Origin: an uncultured Acidobacteriota bacterium
Lineage (GTDB): Bacteria > Acidobacteriota > Vicinamibacteria > Vicinamibacterales > UBA2999
Reading direction: 5' to 3'
Length of the DNA stretch: 64,000 bases
Assembly (NCBI GenBank): GCA_963741135.1
Contig: CAVUHC010000001.1
Coordinates: 3,322 to 67,321 of the forward strand
How positions within the stretch are numbered: the stretch's first letter is position 1; every line of letters starts with the position of its first letter. The notes beneath the pieces were generated by a model. The model searched no databases and was not told the DNA's origin. It saw nothing but the letters and a program-made list of their open reading frames with translations. The position numbers and the translations under genes are program-made. Shown piece after piece: positions 9,861-19,783 of the stretch.

Positions 9861-10820
9861 TTAAGGCGCTCGAGTCGTGGAGGCATTGGCGAATACCGCT
9901 TTGATCGCGGCTTGCGCGCATTCGTCATCCTGGTTCCCGATGCCTCCGCCAGCGCCGATCGCGCCCACCATCTCGTTGCCGATGAAGATGGGAAACCCAC
10001 CCGGCTGGGCAAAATCGCCCATCCATTCTGGGGCGCGGTTGATCTGCTTGTTCACGCGTTCCCATAGTTCGATCGTCGGGCGCCGCCAATGCGCTGCCGT
10101 CGTGGCCTTCAATTCGGCCGTCTTGAGCGCTGTCGGGCTTGCGCCTTCCGTCCCCTGGAACGACACGAGCGTTCCATCGGGATCCACCACCGCAATGCCG
10201 AGTGCGGTGTACTTCTTCTGACCAGCATAGGTGACGCACGCATCCACGAGCGCGCGCCCGGCGGCGGTCGTGATGGCCTTGCGGGTAGCGAGCAGCGGCT
10301 GCGGGCTGGCCGGCGGCAATGTCTTGCCGTCGCCGAAGACGGACTTTATGGCGTTTTGCGCGCAGTCCTCATCCCTGCCGCCCGATAACCCCGCGGCCCC
10401 TGCGCCGATGGCGCCGACGACTTCGCCCTGAACAACGATGGGAAAGCCACCCGGGATCGGGAAATAGCCCATCCACTCAGGAGCGCGATTGATCTGCATA
10501 TTCACGCGTTCGTAAAGCTCGCTCGTTGCGCGGCGAAACTTGGCGGCGGTCTTCGCCTTCAACTGCGCGGTCACACCTGTGTTCCCTGTCGCCCCATCCG
10601 TCGATTGATACGACACCAGGTAGCCCGCGGAATCCACGACCGCTAGCGCGATCGGGTAGTGGTCGCGCGCTGCCTGCGCCAGACACGCCTCGATCATCTT
10701 TCGCGCGGCAAAGCCGGTGATGTCCTTCTTGTCGGATAGCAGCGATTGGGCATGTGCGTTTGCGGCGGTCAGAGCGGAAAGGCACGCGAAAGATAGGGCG
10801 GCGAGCGAGCGCTTCGGCAT
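9861..10820 (-). CDS. Exported GlcG/HbpS-family heme-binding protein with two tandem domains
   Basis: Signal peptide; two copies of AVVD..G..V...A.LKA.TAA..RR.T.EL...INRAPEWMG.F..PGGFPI...VGAIGA. Confidence 0.85.
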   Translation of the reverse strand: MPKRSLAALSFACLSALTAANAHAQSLLSDKKDITGFAARKMIEACLAQAARDHYPIALAVVDSAGYLVSYQSTDGATGNTGVTAQLKAKTAAKFRRATSELYERVNMQINRAPEWMGYFPIPGGFPIVVQGEVVGAIGAGAAGLSGGRDEDCAQNAIKSVFGDGKTLPPASPQPLLATRKAITTAAGRALVDACVTYAGQKKYTALGIAVVDPDGTLVSFQGTEGASPTALKTAELKATTAAHWRRPTIELWERVNKQINRAPEWMGDFAQPGGFPIFIGNEMVGAIGAGGGIGNQDDECAQAAIKAVFANASTTRAP

Positions 10821-10927
10821 CGGCGTTTTCCTCATCCTGGTTGGATGCATCATAGTGTTGCCACCACGAAAACGACAGAGGACTGCCGCGAGCTGCAGCG
10901 CCATTCAGTTGGTCGGCACGAGGCGCT

Positions 10928-11068
10928 TCAAAGCCCGGGCACGCGCGCGTCGAGACTCCGGGCGGCGAACTCGAGCACGGCCGTGACCTGCTCCCACGTA
11001 ACAGGGAACTGCTCCAACACCTCGTCAATGCTAGCCGTCTTCCAGGTTCTCGAAGACGATCGCCACAC
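10928..11068 (-). pseudogene. DUF433-like protein C-terminal fragment
   Basis: VAIVFENLEDG/SIDEVLEQFPVTWEQVTAVLEFAARSL with one frameshift. Confidence 0.55.
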
Positions 11069-11184
11069 AGCCGGCAATCTGGTTCCAACTGGCGAAAGTT
11101 AGGCTCACCAACCCTCATTTCATGAGGGTTGGTTGAGCCCGGACCGGCTTCAGCCACGCGGCTCCGACCTTCGGCCTCGCCAAC

Positions 11185-11278
11185 GTGGACGATTCCCACC
11201 CGGCTCACCATCTTTCCAGAATGCTTTCGATGTCCGGCGTCGGTGTTCGACGTCGTCTGACACACTCACTGACACACT
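11185..11278 (+). mobile_element. tRNA 3'-end att remnant (possibly Lys) followed by arm-like repeats
   Basis: GATTCCCACCCGGCTCACCA (T stem, acceptor strand, CCA) at 11191-11210; GGCTCACCA also at 11102; CTGACACACT at 11257 and 11269. Confidence 0.5.
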
Positions 11279-11411
11279 GGCGCGCGTCTCGATCAGCGCA
11301 GCCAGTTATGATCGAACCCACCCGCTAGCTCGAACGGCGGTCATGGCGCTCGGCGCGAACAGGGCTGAACCGGCCGAGAGACTGTGGGATTCCTAAGGAA
11401 GGCCGCGACGA

Positions 11412-12365
11412 TTACGAGTACAACGGATCGATAGCAATACTCACGTTCGATCCGAGCTTCAGTCCGGCGGCCGCCGCAAATGCAGCCGCCGTCATTTTCT
11501 CGCCGCCGTCGGCCCGCACCTTGAACACTTCCAGGCGTCCGCCCTGCACGGCGATCTGCAAGCTCTGATCGCCAACGGCGCAAATTTCGCCGATCTTTCC
11601 GGCGACGTCGCCGAAGCGGCGCGCGACATGTTTTCGAGCATCGAACAGGCGGACACGACATCCGCCGATGGTCGTCCACGCGCCGGGTGACGGATTGCAG
11701 CCGCGGATGAGATTGTAGATGGCGTCCAGGTGGGCGTACCAGTTGATCTGCGCCTCCGGGTCCCGGCACCAGCCTTCGTACGTCGCCTGCGTTTCGTCCT
11801 GGGGACGTTCGCGTGACTGCCCCGACGCGACCAAATCCGCCGCCTCGAGCAACGCGGCAACGCCCATCGGAAACAGGCGATCGAAGTAGACGGTTCCCAG
11901 CGTGTCGTCGGAACCGATCTCGACGGTCTTCTGCAGGATGATCGGGCCCTCGTCCAGTCCGTTAGTCGGTCGAAAGATCGTCAGGCCCGTCTGTCGATCG
12001 CCCTTGATCAATGGCCAGTTGATCGACGACGGGCCGCGGTACTTCGGCAGGAGCGACGGATGGTACTGGATGGTTCCATGCTTGGGGACATTGATGAAGT
12101 TTTGAGGCGCGAATTGAAGGACGAAGGCCATGACCGCCAGATCGGCGCCGAGCGCGGCCAACGCCTCTTCGGCTGCGGCCGCCCTGAGCGTGGGGAACGT
12201 GACAACCCTTACGCCGAGTTGCTGCGCCGCCAGACGCAGCGGATCAGGTCGCGCGCCTTCCTTCTCAGGAGCGCAGAACACGCCGACAACCTCGTCGTCG
12301 CGAGCGACGAACGCCTCCAGAACGCTCTTGCCAAACGCCTGCTGTCCAATGATCGCGACGCGCAT
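11412..12365 (-). CDS. Fmt-superfamily formyltransferase / 10-formyl-THF hydrolase-like protein
   Basis: IQYHPSLLPKYRGPSSINW and GLDEGPIILQK motifs plus a Fmt C-terminal domain. Confidence 0.85.
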   Translation of the reverse strand: MRVAIIGQQAFGKSVLEAFVARDDEVVGVFCAPEKEGARPDPLRLAAQQLGVRVVTFPTLRAAAAEEALAALGADLAVMAFVLQFAPQNFINVPKHGTIQYHPSLLPKYRGPSSINWPLIKGDRQTGLTIFRPTNGLDEGPIILQKTVEIGSDDTLGTVYFDRLFPMGVAALLEAADLVASGQSRERPQDETQATYEGWCRDPEAQINWYAHLDAIYNLIRGCNPSPGAWTTIGGCRVRLFDARKHVARRFGDVAGKIGEICAVGDQSLQIAVQGGRLEVFKVRADGGEKMTAAAFAAAAGLKLGSNVSIAIDPLYS

Positions 12366-12439
12366 GATCGAATTCTAGAGGATAGAGAGAACGGTCGTGT
12401 AGAGGCCCGAGCGCCACGTTCGGATCGCGGGAAGGACTG

Positions 12440-12678
12440 TTCAAGGGAACGATGAACGCATTGTTCTTGAAGGATCTCGCCGATAGGACCCGTCGGGGCC
12501 TCCGAGGACGAGTCGAGGCGAGAAATCCGGCGGCGCATTGTGCTACGGCTACCGGGTAGTGAGGTCGGTCGCCGGCGCAACCATCGCGACAGGTGAGCGA
12601 GAGATTGAGCCGGCCCAAGCGGCGGTCATCGAACGCATATTTCGCGAGTTTGTAGGCGGAGCATCGCCAAAGGTGATC
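12440..12678 (+). pseudogene. Internal fragment of a large serine recombinase
   Basis: FKGTMNALFLKDLADRTRRGLRGRVEA..CYGYRVV..GEREIEPAQAAVIERIFREFVGGASPK; followed by AAGTGTTACCTATGTCTCCGGAA, resembling an IS481-type end. Confidence 0.8.
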
Positions 12679-12857
12679 CGAAAGTGTTACCTATGTCTCC
12701 GGAAGGGACCCTACGGGTCCATCGGCGGCCGGCGGAGCTGGAAATTCTTGCGGTGTGCTACGACCGCACTGTGATCGCGCCGTTCACCGAGCCGCCGGGG
12801 GCGGAGTCGACACCGGCTGCGGCCACGTCGCCGCACCTTCGCTGACGCTCGCCTGAA

Positions 12858-13610
12858 CTACGGGGCTTGTGCTCCCCGTCCCGCCGCTGCTCCCCGTCCC
12901 CCGCGCGGGGCTTGTGTTCCCTGTCGCGCCGGCGATGCCTCAGGAATGCCGTACATGTTCATGTAGTTGTCGGGGTAACGCACGGCTTTCCCGCCTGCAT
13001 CGAGAAACCGCGGCGACTGCTGAAACAGTCCTGGCTCGGGCGCACGCGGCGGAACAGTGGCCTCGAAGATATACAGACGATTCTCGAGCATGTGGATCTG
13101 GACGAATGTCCTCGACTGGTCCGGATTGGTCAGGTGAATCTGCCGGCCCACGATCCGATCGATCGTCGCCCAGGCGAAGTACGTCACCTTCGCGTTGCGC
13201 TTGAGGAACGCTTCGCTCGCGTGGTCGAGGGCGCCGAGCACGTCGTACTTCCAGGCGCCGATACCCTGCGCCGCCGAATCAGCGCCGGCGATCGCAGCGG
13301 TGCACTGGCCTTGCGGCGCGCCCGGTAAGCAGTTCAGGGCCTTGGCCATCTCGGTGTGGACACGTTCGGCCTGCGTATAGTCGACGAACGTAACCGAATA
13401 CCGCTCTGCGCCACGCTCCACGGTATATACCCGTGCCGGCAGCTTGGCATCGAGCCACGACGTGTAGGTGAACTCCCGAATCGTTGGCTGTGCGGGCAAA
13501 TTGACCGTGAAACGGTCCTGAGTGTTCGTGTACTCCACCCATTCCTGCGCAAAGGCCTGCGTTGAAATCAGGAGCGCGGCCGCCGCAATCGTCAGTTGGT
13601 GCAAGCGCAT
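12858..13610 (-). CDS. Exported hypothetical protein
   Basis: ATG 13610 with GGAG RBS; signal peptide ending AFA-QEWVEY; Gly/Arg-rich tail. Confidence 0.7.
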   Translation of the reverse strand: MRLHQLTIAAAALLISTQAFAQEWVEYTNTQDRFTVNLPAQPTIREFTYTSWLDAKLPARVYTVERGAERYSVTFVDYTQAERVHTEMAKALNCLPGAPQGQCTAAIAGADSAAQGIGAWKYDVLGALDHASEAFLKRNAKVTYFAWATIDRIVGRQIHLTNPDQSRTFVQIHMLENRLYIFEATVPPRAPEPGLFQQSPRFLDAGGKAVRYPDNYMNMYGIPEASPARQGTQAPRGGRGAAAGRGAQAP

Positions 13611-13717
13611 GATGCTCTCCGTTGAATCGCCACATTGTATACTCCGCCCGCCGGTCACGCAGGTCGCAAGAGATCGGCGAACTCGAACACCGCGGGTGTT
13701 CTCAGGACGGAGGAGGC

Positions 13718-16700
13718 ATGATGATACGGCGTGTACTGTGGTTGGCGACGTCGTTCCTGATGCTGACATCAGGACTCGTCCTTGGACAGACGACGAGCAC
13801 CTTCAACGGACGCGTGCTCGATCAGGGTGACGCGGTCCTACCCGGCGTCACGATTACGGCGACGAATACGAACACCGGCGTGGTCCGCACCACGGTTACC
13901 AACGCCGAAGGCGGGTACCTCATGCCCGGGCTCGAGCCCGGCACCTACAGCGTCAAGACCGAGCTCGCCGGCTTCCAGCCGTCCGAACGGCGCAACGTGA
14001 CGCTCGGCATCAACGCGACATTGACGCTGGACTTCAAGCTCGCGCTTGCCGGCGTCAACGAGACGCTGACCGTGACCGGTGAGGCGCCGATGATTGAGGT
14101 CACGCAGTCGAAGGTCGCCTCCACCATCCAGGCCACCGAGCTGCAGAACCTCCCGATGATCACGCGCACGATCAGCGGCATGCTGGAGCTGCTGCCGGGC
14201 GCCGCCCCCATCGAGCCGATGCACCGCAGCAAGCAGAACGTCGGCAGCGTCTCGTACGGCGGCTCCGCCGGCACGAACGTCATTGCGACCGTCGACGGCG
14301 CCGACAATCGCGACAACGCGTACGGCGGACCGCTCATGAGCTACACGGTCGAGGGGCTCGAGCAGTTCCAGCTCTCGACAAGTCTCTTCAATGCCACCGA
14401 CGGGCGTGGCGCGGGCGCTGCGCTGCAGATGGTCACCAAGTCCGGCACCAACCAGTTGCACGGATCGGCCTTCGGCTACGAGCGCGATCGCAAGCTGAGC
14501 GCGAAGGACTATTTCACCAAGCGGGCCGGGACCGACAAGGTACCGTTCAGCCGCCAGCAGTACGGTGGCTCGGTGGGCGGCCCGATCATGAAGAACCGGA
14601 TGTTCTTCTTCGGCGCGATCGAGAAGGTCGAGGAAGACACGTCGTTCCCGGTGCCGAACTCCTCGCCCACCGACGCCTATGGCCAGTTGAACATCCTCGT
14701 CAACGCGATGAAGGCGGGACAAATCCCCTCGGGCCTCGTCAACCCGGACCACCCGCTCTTTGCGCCGACGCCGGGCCGTTTGCTGATGTTCACGGTGAAG
14801 GGCAACGCGCAGCTGACCAACACGCAGTCCGTGATGCTGCGCTACGCCGGCCAGCACGACGATCGTGACGCCGTCACCGTGGCGACCAACAACGATCAGC
14901 GCGAGCCCGAGAACAGCCGCATCCGGATGTACAGCGTCGTCGGCCAGCACAGCCTCGTGCTCGGCAACAAAGGCCTGAACCAGATCACCAGCCAGGTCAA
15001 TCATCTGAGCCGTGTGAGCGACGTGACCAGCAACATCACGGGCCAGCACTACACGCGCGACTTCCCGAACGTGAACATCTTCCCGCCGCGGCTCTCGTTC
15101 CCGACGGTCAACACCGGCGCCGGCGGCTCGGGCGGTTCGCTTACCGACGCGTACGTGCTGCAGCTCCGCGACGACGTCTCACTGCTGATGGGCAGTCACG
15201 CGCTCAGGTTCGGCGGCAATTACAACGCGTTGCGGCACATCGGTAATTACAACAACAACGAGCACTTCGCCACGCTGACGTTCTTCGACGACCCGTCGGT
15301 CATCGCCGCCAACAGCAACGGCCGCTATCCGCAGGGCTTCCAGACACCGGGCATCGTCCGGCAGTGGCAGCAGGCCAACGGCGGCGCGATGAACGGCGTG
15401 GGCTCGGCGGCGGAGTCGCGCAAGAACGCCGCGCAGGTGATGGGGTGGTTCCAGGATGACTGGCGCGTCAACTCGAAGCTGACGCTGAACCTGGGCATCC
15501 GCTATGACGTCGACATCCACTTCCTCGACCAGCAGCACTGGACGAACAACGCGACAATGCTGCTGCTGCGTGACCTCGGCGATCCGAACGGCGCGCTGCC
15601 GAAGACACCGAGGAACGACATCTCGCCGCGCCTCGGCTTCGCCTACGACCTGTCGGGCGACGGCCGGCGCGTGATCCGTGGCGGGTACGGACTCTACTTC
15701 GACCAGTACAACACCTCGGCGGCGTCGGGTGACCTCGAGTCGCAGAACCGCCGTCCGTTGAACATCCTCGCCACGCTGGTGAACACGGCGGTCGGCGTCG
15801 GCCAGCTCGCCACGTACCGTCTCGGCATCGATCCGGTGCCGGCGCAGCCGACGGAAGGCAACAGGCTGGGGCCGAACTCGACGGGGCAGTGGTACGGCAA
15901 TCACTACGCCGACCCGTACTCACACGTCGCGCACGTCGGCTACGCGCACACGCTCGCGGCGAACACGGTCGTGACGGCCGACTTCACCTACTCGGTTGGG
16001 CGCAACGGCCTGCGCAATCTCAACATCAACCCGATCATCAACGGGCAACGCCGGCTGGTGCCGGCGCTCCTGGCGCACGGCTACCCAGCGAACCAGTTCT
16101 CGAACGTGAACATCCTCTCGGCGATCAACAAGTCGCGCTACGACGCGACGACGGTGATGCTCCAGCGTCGGTTCCCGCGCGCGACGTTGCAGGCGCACTA
16201 CACGTTCGCGCATGCCATGGCGTACGGCGGCTCGACCGGCGCGCGTGGCGGCGCAGGGGCGCCGATGATCTACGACCAGCCGTTCGGTCCCGGCGAGTGG
16301 GGGCCGACCGGCAACGACGAACGCCACCGCCTCGTGGCGACCGGCGTCTTCGATCTCGCCTACGGCATCCAGCTCTCACCGGTCTTCCAGACGGCGAGTG
16401 CCCGTCCGTTCAACCTGACGGCCGGCAGCGACCTCAATGCCGACGGCAACAACAACGATCGCTACATCGATCCGGCGACCGGCCAGCAGGTGTCGCTCAA
16501 CGCCGGCCGCGGCGACGCGACCTACGTCTTCGACCTGCGCGCGACGAAGTTCGTGTCGCTGGGCTCGACTGACCGCAGGGTGGGTCTCTTTGCCGAGTTC
16601 TTCAATCTGTTCAACACCGTGAACTTTGGTGGGAGCTATACCGGCAACGCGCGCAGCGCAACGTTCCGCCAGCCGACCGGGTTCATTCCCGGCATCGGCT

Positions 16701-16741
16701 ACCCGCGCCAGGCGCAGTTGGGAGTGCGATTCCTGTTCTGA
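13718..16741 (+). CDS. Oar-like TonB-dependent receptor with N-terminal carboxypeptidase-regulatory-like domain
   Basis: GGAGGAGG RBS; GRVLDQGDAVLPGVTITATN, VTKSGTNQLHGS, WFQDDWRV..LTLNLGIRYD and C-terminal PRQAQLGVRFLF. Confidence 0.92.
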   Translation: MMIRRVLWLATSFLMLTSGLVLGQTTSTFNGRVLDQGDAVLPGVTITATNTNTGVVRTTVTNAEGGYLMPGLEPGTYSVKTELAGFQPSERRNVTLGINATLTLDFKLALAGVNETLTVTGEAPMIEVTQSKVASTIQATELQNLPMITRTISGMLELLPGAAPIEPMHRSKQNVGSVSYGGSAGTNVIATVDGADNRDNAYGGPLMSYTVEGLEQFQLSTSLFNATDGRGAGAALQMVTKSGTNQLHGSAFGYERDRKLSAKDYFTKRAGTDKVPFSRQQYGGSVGGPIMKNRMFFFGAIEKVEEDTSFPVPNSSPTDAYGQLNILVNAMKAGQIPSGLVNPDHPLFAPTPGRLLMFTVKGNAQLTNTQSVMLRYAGQHDDRDAVTVATNNDQREPENSRIRMYSVVGQHSLVLGNKGLNQITSQVNHLSRVSDVTSNITGQHYTRDFPNVNIFPPRLSFPTVNTGAGGSGGSLTDAYVLQLRDDVSLLMGSHALRFGGNYNALRHIGNYNNNEHFATLTFFDDPSVIAANSNGRYPQGFQTPGIVRQWQQANGGAMNGVGSAAESRKNAAQVMGWFQDDWRVNSKLTLNLGIRYDVDIHFLDQQHWTNNATMLLLRDLGDPNGALPKTPRNDISPRLGFAYDLSGDGRRVIRGGYGLYFDQYNTSAASGDLESQNRRPLNILATLVNTAVGVGQLATYRLGIDPVPAQPTEGNRLGPNSTGQWYGNHYADPYSHVAHVGYAHTLAANTVVTADFTYSVGRNGLRNLNINPIINGQRRLVPALLAHGYPANQFSNVNILSAINKSRYDATTVMLQRRFPRATLQAHYTFAHAMAYGGSTGARGGAGAPMIYDQPFGPGEWGPTGNDERHRLVATGVFDLAYGIQLSPVFQTASARPFNLTAGSDLNADGNNNDRYIDPATGQQVSLNAGRGDATYVFDLRATKFVSLGSTDRRVGLFAEFFNLFNTVNFGGSYTGNARSATFRQPTGFIPGIGYPRQAQLGVRFLF

Positions 16742-16746
16742 TATGG

Positions 16747-16792
16747 AAAGACCGCCCGGCCCTCTTGAGCCATCCGGGCGCGGGCGGTCTTT
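16747..16792 (+). terminator. Hairpin terminator downstream of the TonB receptor
   Basis: AAAGACCGCCCG ... CGGGCGGTCTTT inverted repeat. Confidence 0.65.
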
Positions 16793-17040
16793 GAAAACCA
16801 GTCAGCTGATCGGCCGAGCGACAGCAACGATGAATCACTCTGATATTCGCGGGTCGAAACCGCGTGACGGTGGTTCGTCGGGAGCTCGTACCGTCCCATT
16901 ACTCAGCCGACGTCGATTCGCTCAGAAGAGACTCGGGCCGTGATCAACCTCTCGTCCCTCCAGTTTCCGACGTCACCAATTCAAGAGAGGTCGACGCCGA
17001 CCGAGGGCCGCGCCGAGTCGGTGGCGAAGGACAAAGCGCG

Positions 17041-17619
17041 TTACTGTCCGCGGCCGGCTCGTCCACCGCGGCCCGCCGCCGGAGGCGCAGCCGGCGGCGC
17101 GATGCCTTTGGCGCGCAGATACACGACGGTGATGCCGTAGGACTCGAGGCCGTGCGAGAGCAGCGCCGAGACCACTGCGCCGCGCGCGGTTTCGCCATCG
17201 CCCTGCTTGATCATCTGCAACGCATCCTGATCGGTCAGCGCTGACAAGGCACCGTCGCAGAACGCGAACGCGTCCGCCAGAGCTTTGACCAATTCGGCCT
17301 TGGTCGCCTTCTTCTCGTTACTCTGGGCAGGGCTCGGGCTCGTCACGCCCTTGAGCGTGGCGCAGTTGGTGAACTGATTGTCGGCCTGGTGGCCGATCCA
17401 CTGACCATACGTCCGGAGCTCCGGGTCGGGCGCTGGCTTGAATCCGTAGTTGGCCTCGGGCATGGCCTCGGCCGCCCGCGTGAGGTTCCCCTTGAGAGTC
17501 CCATAGGTGTTTTGCAGGTTGGTCGCGAAGCCTACTTTCTGACCAGCCGTCGGCGCCTGGGCTGCAGAAGACACCGCGAACGCCATTAGTCCCGCCACGA
17601 CGCAAATGACTCGCTTCAT
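17041..17619 (-). CDS. Exported DinB-family protein
   Basis: AAGGAG RBS, signal peptide; AAEAMPEANYGFKP..RTYGQWIGH...YG..VVYLRAKGIAPP. Confidence 0.8.
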   Translation of the reverse strand: MKRVICVVAGLMAFAVSSAAQAPTAGQKVGFATNLQNTYGTLKGNLTRAAEAMPEANYGFKPAPDPELRTYGQWIGHQADNQFTNCATLKGVTSPSPAQSNEKKATKAELVKALADAFAFCDGALSALTDQDALQMIKQGDGETARGAVVSALLSHGLESYGITVVYLRAKGIAPPAAPPAAGRGGRAGRGQ

Positions 17620-17794
17620 CGGTCGTCTCCTTTGAACATCACATGTTGACGCTGTGTCATTATCGCTGAGAATCCAACACGGGAAATCCTCTAAGCGCTA
17701 AGCGCACTCGGAGCCTCTCCTCCATGGTGAGACGGACGCGGTCACGCCGAGTGGGGCTGAACGGCGCGCGCGGGGCCGGCTCTGGGCCGACCTG

Positions 17795-18116
17795 ATGCGG
17801 CGCGCCTTCGGCTTCGATTGCAGCACCGCGCCGAACGCCAACGCGCACGCCGAACGTTTCGTGCGGTCAATCAAGGAAGAATGCCTGAATCACCTCGTTT
17901 CCCTGGGTGACCGTCACTTCCGTCTCGTGATCGCCGAGTACCTCGAGCACTGTCATCGCGAGCGGAACCACCAAGGGCTCGACAACGAGCTGATCGCCGA
18001 TGCTGCCGCGATGCGGACGATCGGTCCCATTCGTCGCCGCGCGCGACTCGGTGGGCTTCTCAACTATTACGCGCGAGCTGCATGAAGGGACTTCGGTTGA
18101 CCGATGGGACAGTACG
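17795..18116 (+). pseudogene. 3' fragment of an rve integrase-core transposase
   Basis: APNANAHAERFVRSIKEECLNHL...HRERNHQGLDNELI...RLGGLLNYY. Confidence 0.8.
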
Positions 18117-18415
18117 ACCTCAACGTGACTGATGAGGAGTTGCGAAAGGCGATGCAGGAGAAGCTTTGGAGCCGAGGCTCGAGAAGATAAGGGCGAGAAC
18201 TCCCCTATCGAGATGTCAGAGCGCGCCCGGGGCGCCGCGCCCTCTTAAGATGAAGGCGGTCAGAAAGAGCCTTCCCGGCATCGTGCATCTTGTCTAAACG
18301 GGACGCGGCAAGGGCCTTCGATGATCGCGTCGGGCGCCCGGCGACACGCCGAGTCCGTCCTCTGGGTACCGAGACCTTATGCGATCGGGCGGCCGGCTGC
18401 TGGACTGGGAGGCCA
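18117..18415. repeat. 299-bp direct-repeat copy of 31477..31775 (integrase tail plus hicB 3' part)
   Basis: Colinear at offset 13360 with about 6 mismatches counted by eye. Confidence 0.9.
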
Positions 18416-18684
18416 CGCGGGTTGTGGTTTTCCAAACCTCGGGTTACGCCCACGTACCGACTTCTCGATAGGCACAGGACGATTTCCGCAACTGGTTGAT
18501 CCGAGACGCAGCGTAAATGGCCTCATATTGAAAGGTTCGCCAAGGTTTCGCGAGGTGAGTCTCAGGTGAAGGACTCGCTGCACGCGTTCCAGCTCTCGCA
18601 GTTTCGCGGCATTTCACTCGAATCTCATCGGCCGCTCACGGTTTGGTGAGGACTCCGCGGCGGGGCCTCGGTCACACTGCGGGC

Positions 18685-19695
18685 ATGAAGATCACTGTGA
18701 TGAACCCCGTGAAGGCATTCACCTTGATCGCCCTCGGCCTGGCCGTCGCGGCCATGGGAATCTATGTGGCCGACGCCGACGACGCGCCAGGGGCCGCGAT
18801 CATCGGCATGCTGCTGATGGTGGTCGGAGTCGTGCTCGGTGTCAGGGCCGCGCGCAACCGGCTCCCCATCTGGGCTGCCCGCACGACGCTTGCCGTTGGC
18901 GTCGTCGTCGCCGCGTTCGCGGCATTTCTGATCCACGGGGTCGTTGTGACCGCGCCTCTCTTCCCGCAGTCGCAGGCGGTGCCATCGGTCGTCGACTCGG
19001 CGCCGTCGCCGCAATATACGGCGGCCGTCGAGCGCGCGCGGGAACTCGTGCGCGCAGCCGTATTGGAGCAAAACCTGCCCGGCGTGTCCGTGGCGGTCGG
19101 GGCCGGCGGCACCATCGTCTGGGCAGAAGGTTTCGGATGGAGGGACGTCGTCACGCGCACGCCCGTCACACCAGACACGCGATTCAACATCGGCACCGCC
19201 GCGTCCGTGGTCATCCCCGCTCTTGCGCCGCTCGGGCTGACCAATACCGGGGCGGATGCGGCGAAAGAATGGAGCCCTGAAGCGATCGGCGAGGAGGGAG
19301 AGGACTTCCCGCCCCTCACGCTCCTCCGTCACGTCATCTGGCAGCCGCTCGGTCTCATGCCCGCGGAGTACCCGCTGCCGGGTGATCGCGCGACGTTCTA
19401 TGTCCCGAGATCCGATGACGATCCCGGTCGTGGACGACGACTGATGTACATGCGCGACCTGGCCTGTTGCGCGAACGGGATGGCGTTCTATTCCACGCCG
19501 TCCGATCTCGTGCGCGTCGCGCTGGCGACGAACCCCGGCAGCGTCAACGGTGAGCTCGCCGGCGGCACGGTGATGTCGTTGATGATGGGGCGCGACGGCG
19601 GCATCGTCATCGCGGTCACGTCAAACATGGCGCACGCGAACACGTCCTCGCTGGCGCTGCGAGTCGGGGACGCGTTCGCGGAACAGACGCGATGA
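18685..19695 (+). CDS. Membrane-anchored beta-lactamase/serine hydrolase-fold protein with degenerate active site
   Basis: Three N-terminal TM helices; LPGVSVAVG..IVWAEGFGWRD..PVTPDTRFNIG, but SxxK reads TAAS. Confidence 0.7.
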   Translation: MKITVMNPVKAFTLIALGLAVAAMGIYVADADDAPGAAIIGMLLMVVGVVLGVRAARNRLPIWAARTTLAVGVVVAAFAAFLIHGVVVTAPLFPQSQAVPSVVDSAPSPQYTAAVERARELVRAAVLEQNLPGVSVAVGAGGTIVWAEGFGWRDVVTRTPVTPDTRFNIGTAASVVIPALAPLGLTNTGADAAKEWSPEAIGEEGEDFPPLTLLRHVIWQPLGLMPAEYPLPGDRATFYVPRSDDDPGRGRRLMYMRDLACCANGMAFYSTPSDLVRVALATNPGSVNGELAGGTVMSLMMGRDGGIVIAVTSNMAHANTSSLALRVGDAFAEQTR

Positions 19696-19783
19696 TCGCG
19701 CAGGTCTGCGGCGGAGTCCGCGCGTCGCGCGAGGCAAGCCTGCAAGGCTTGCCCCACAGATCCATGCGAGCCGATCGATAGCG

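Noticed and set aside
11412-12365. Gene symbol fmt
   Set aside because: Lacks the housekeeping Fmt N-terminal signature and the def-fmt context
13838-15904. Long antisense ORFs opposite the TonB receptor (and similar ones opposite EPS genes)
   Set aside because: Typical shadow ORFs of high-GC coding sequence with no recognisable motifs
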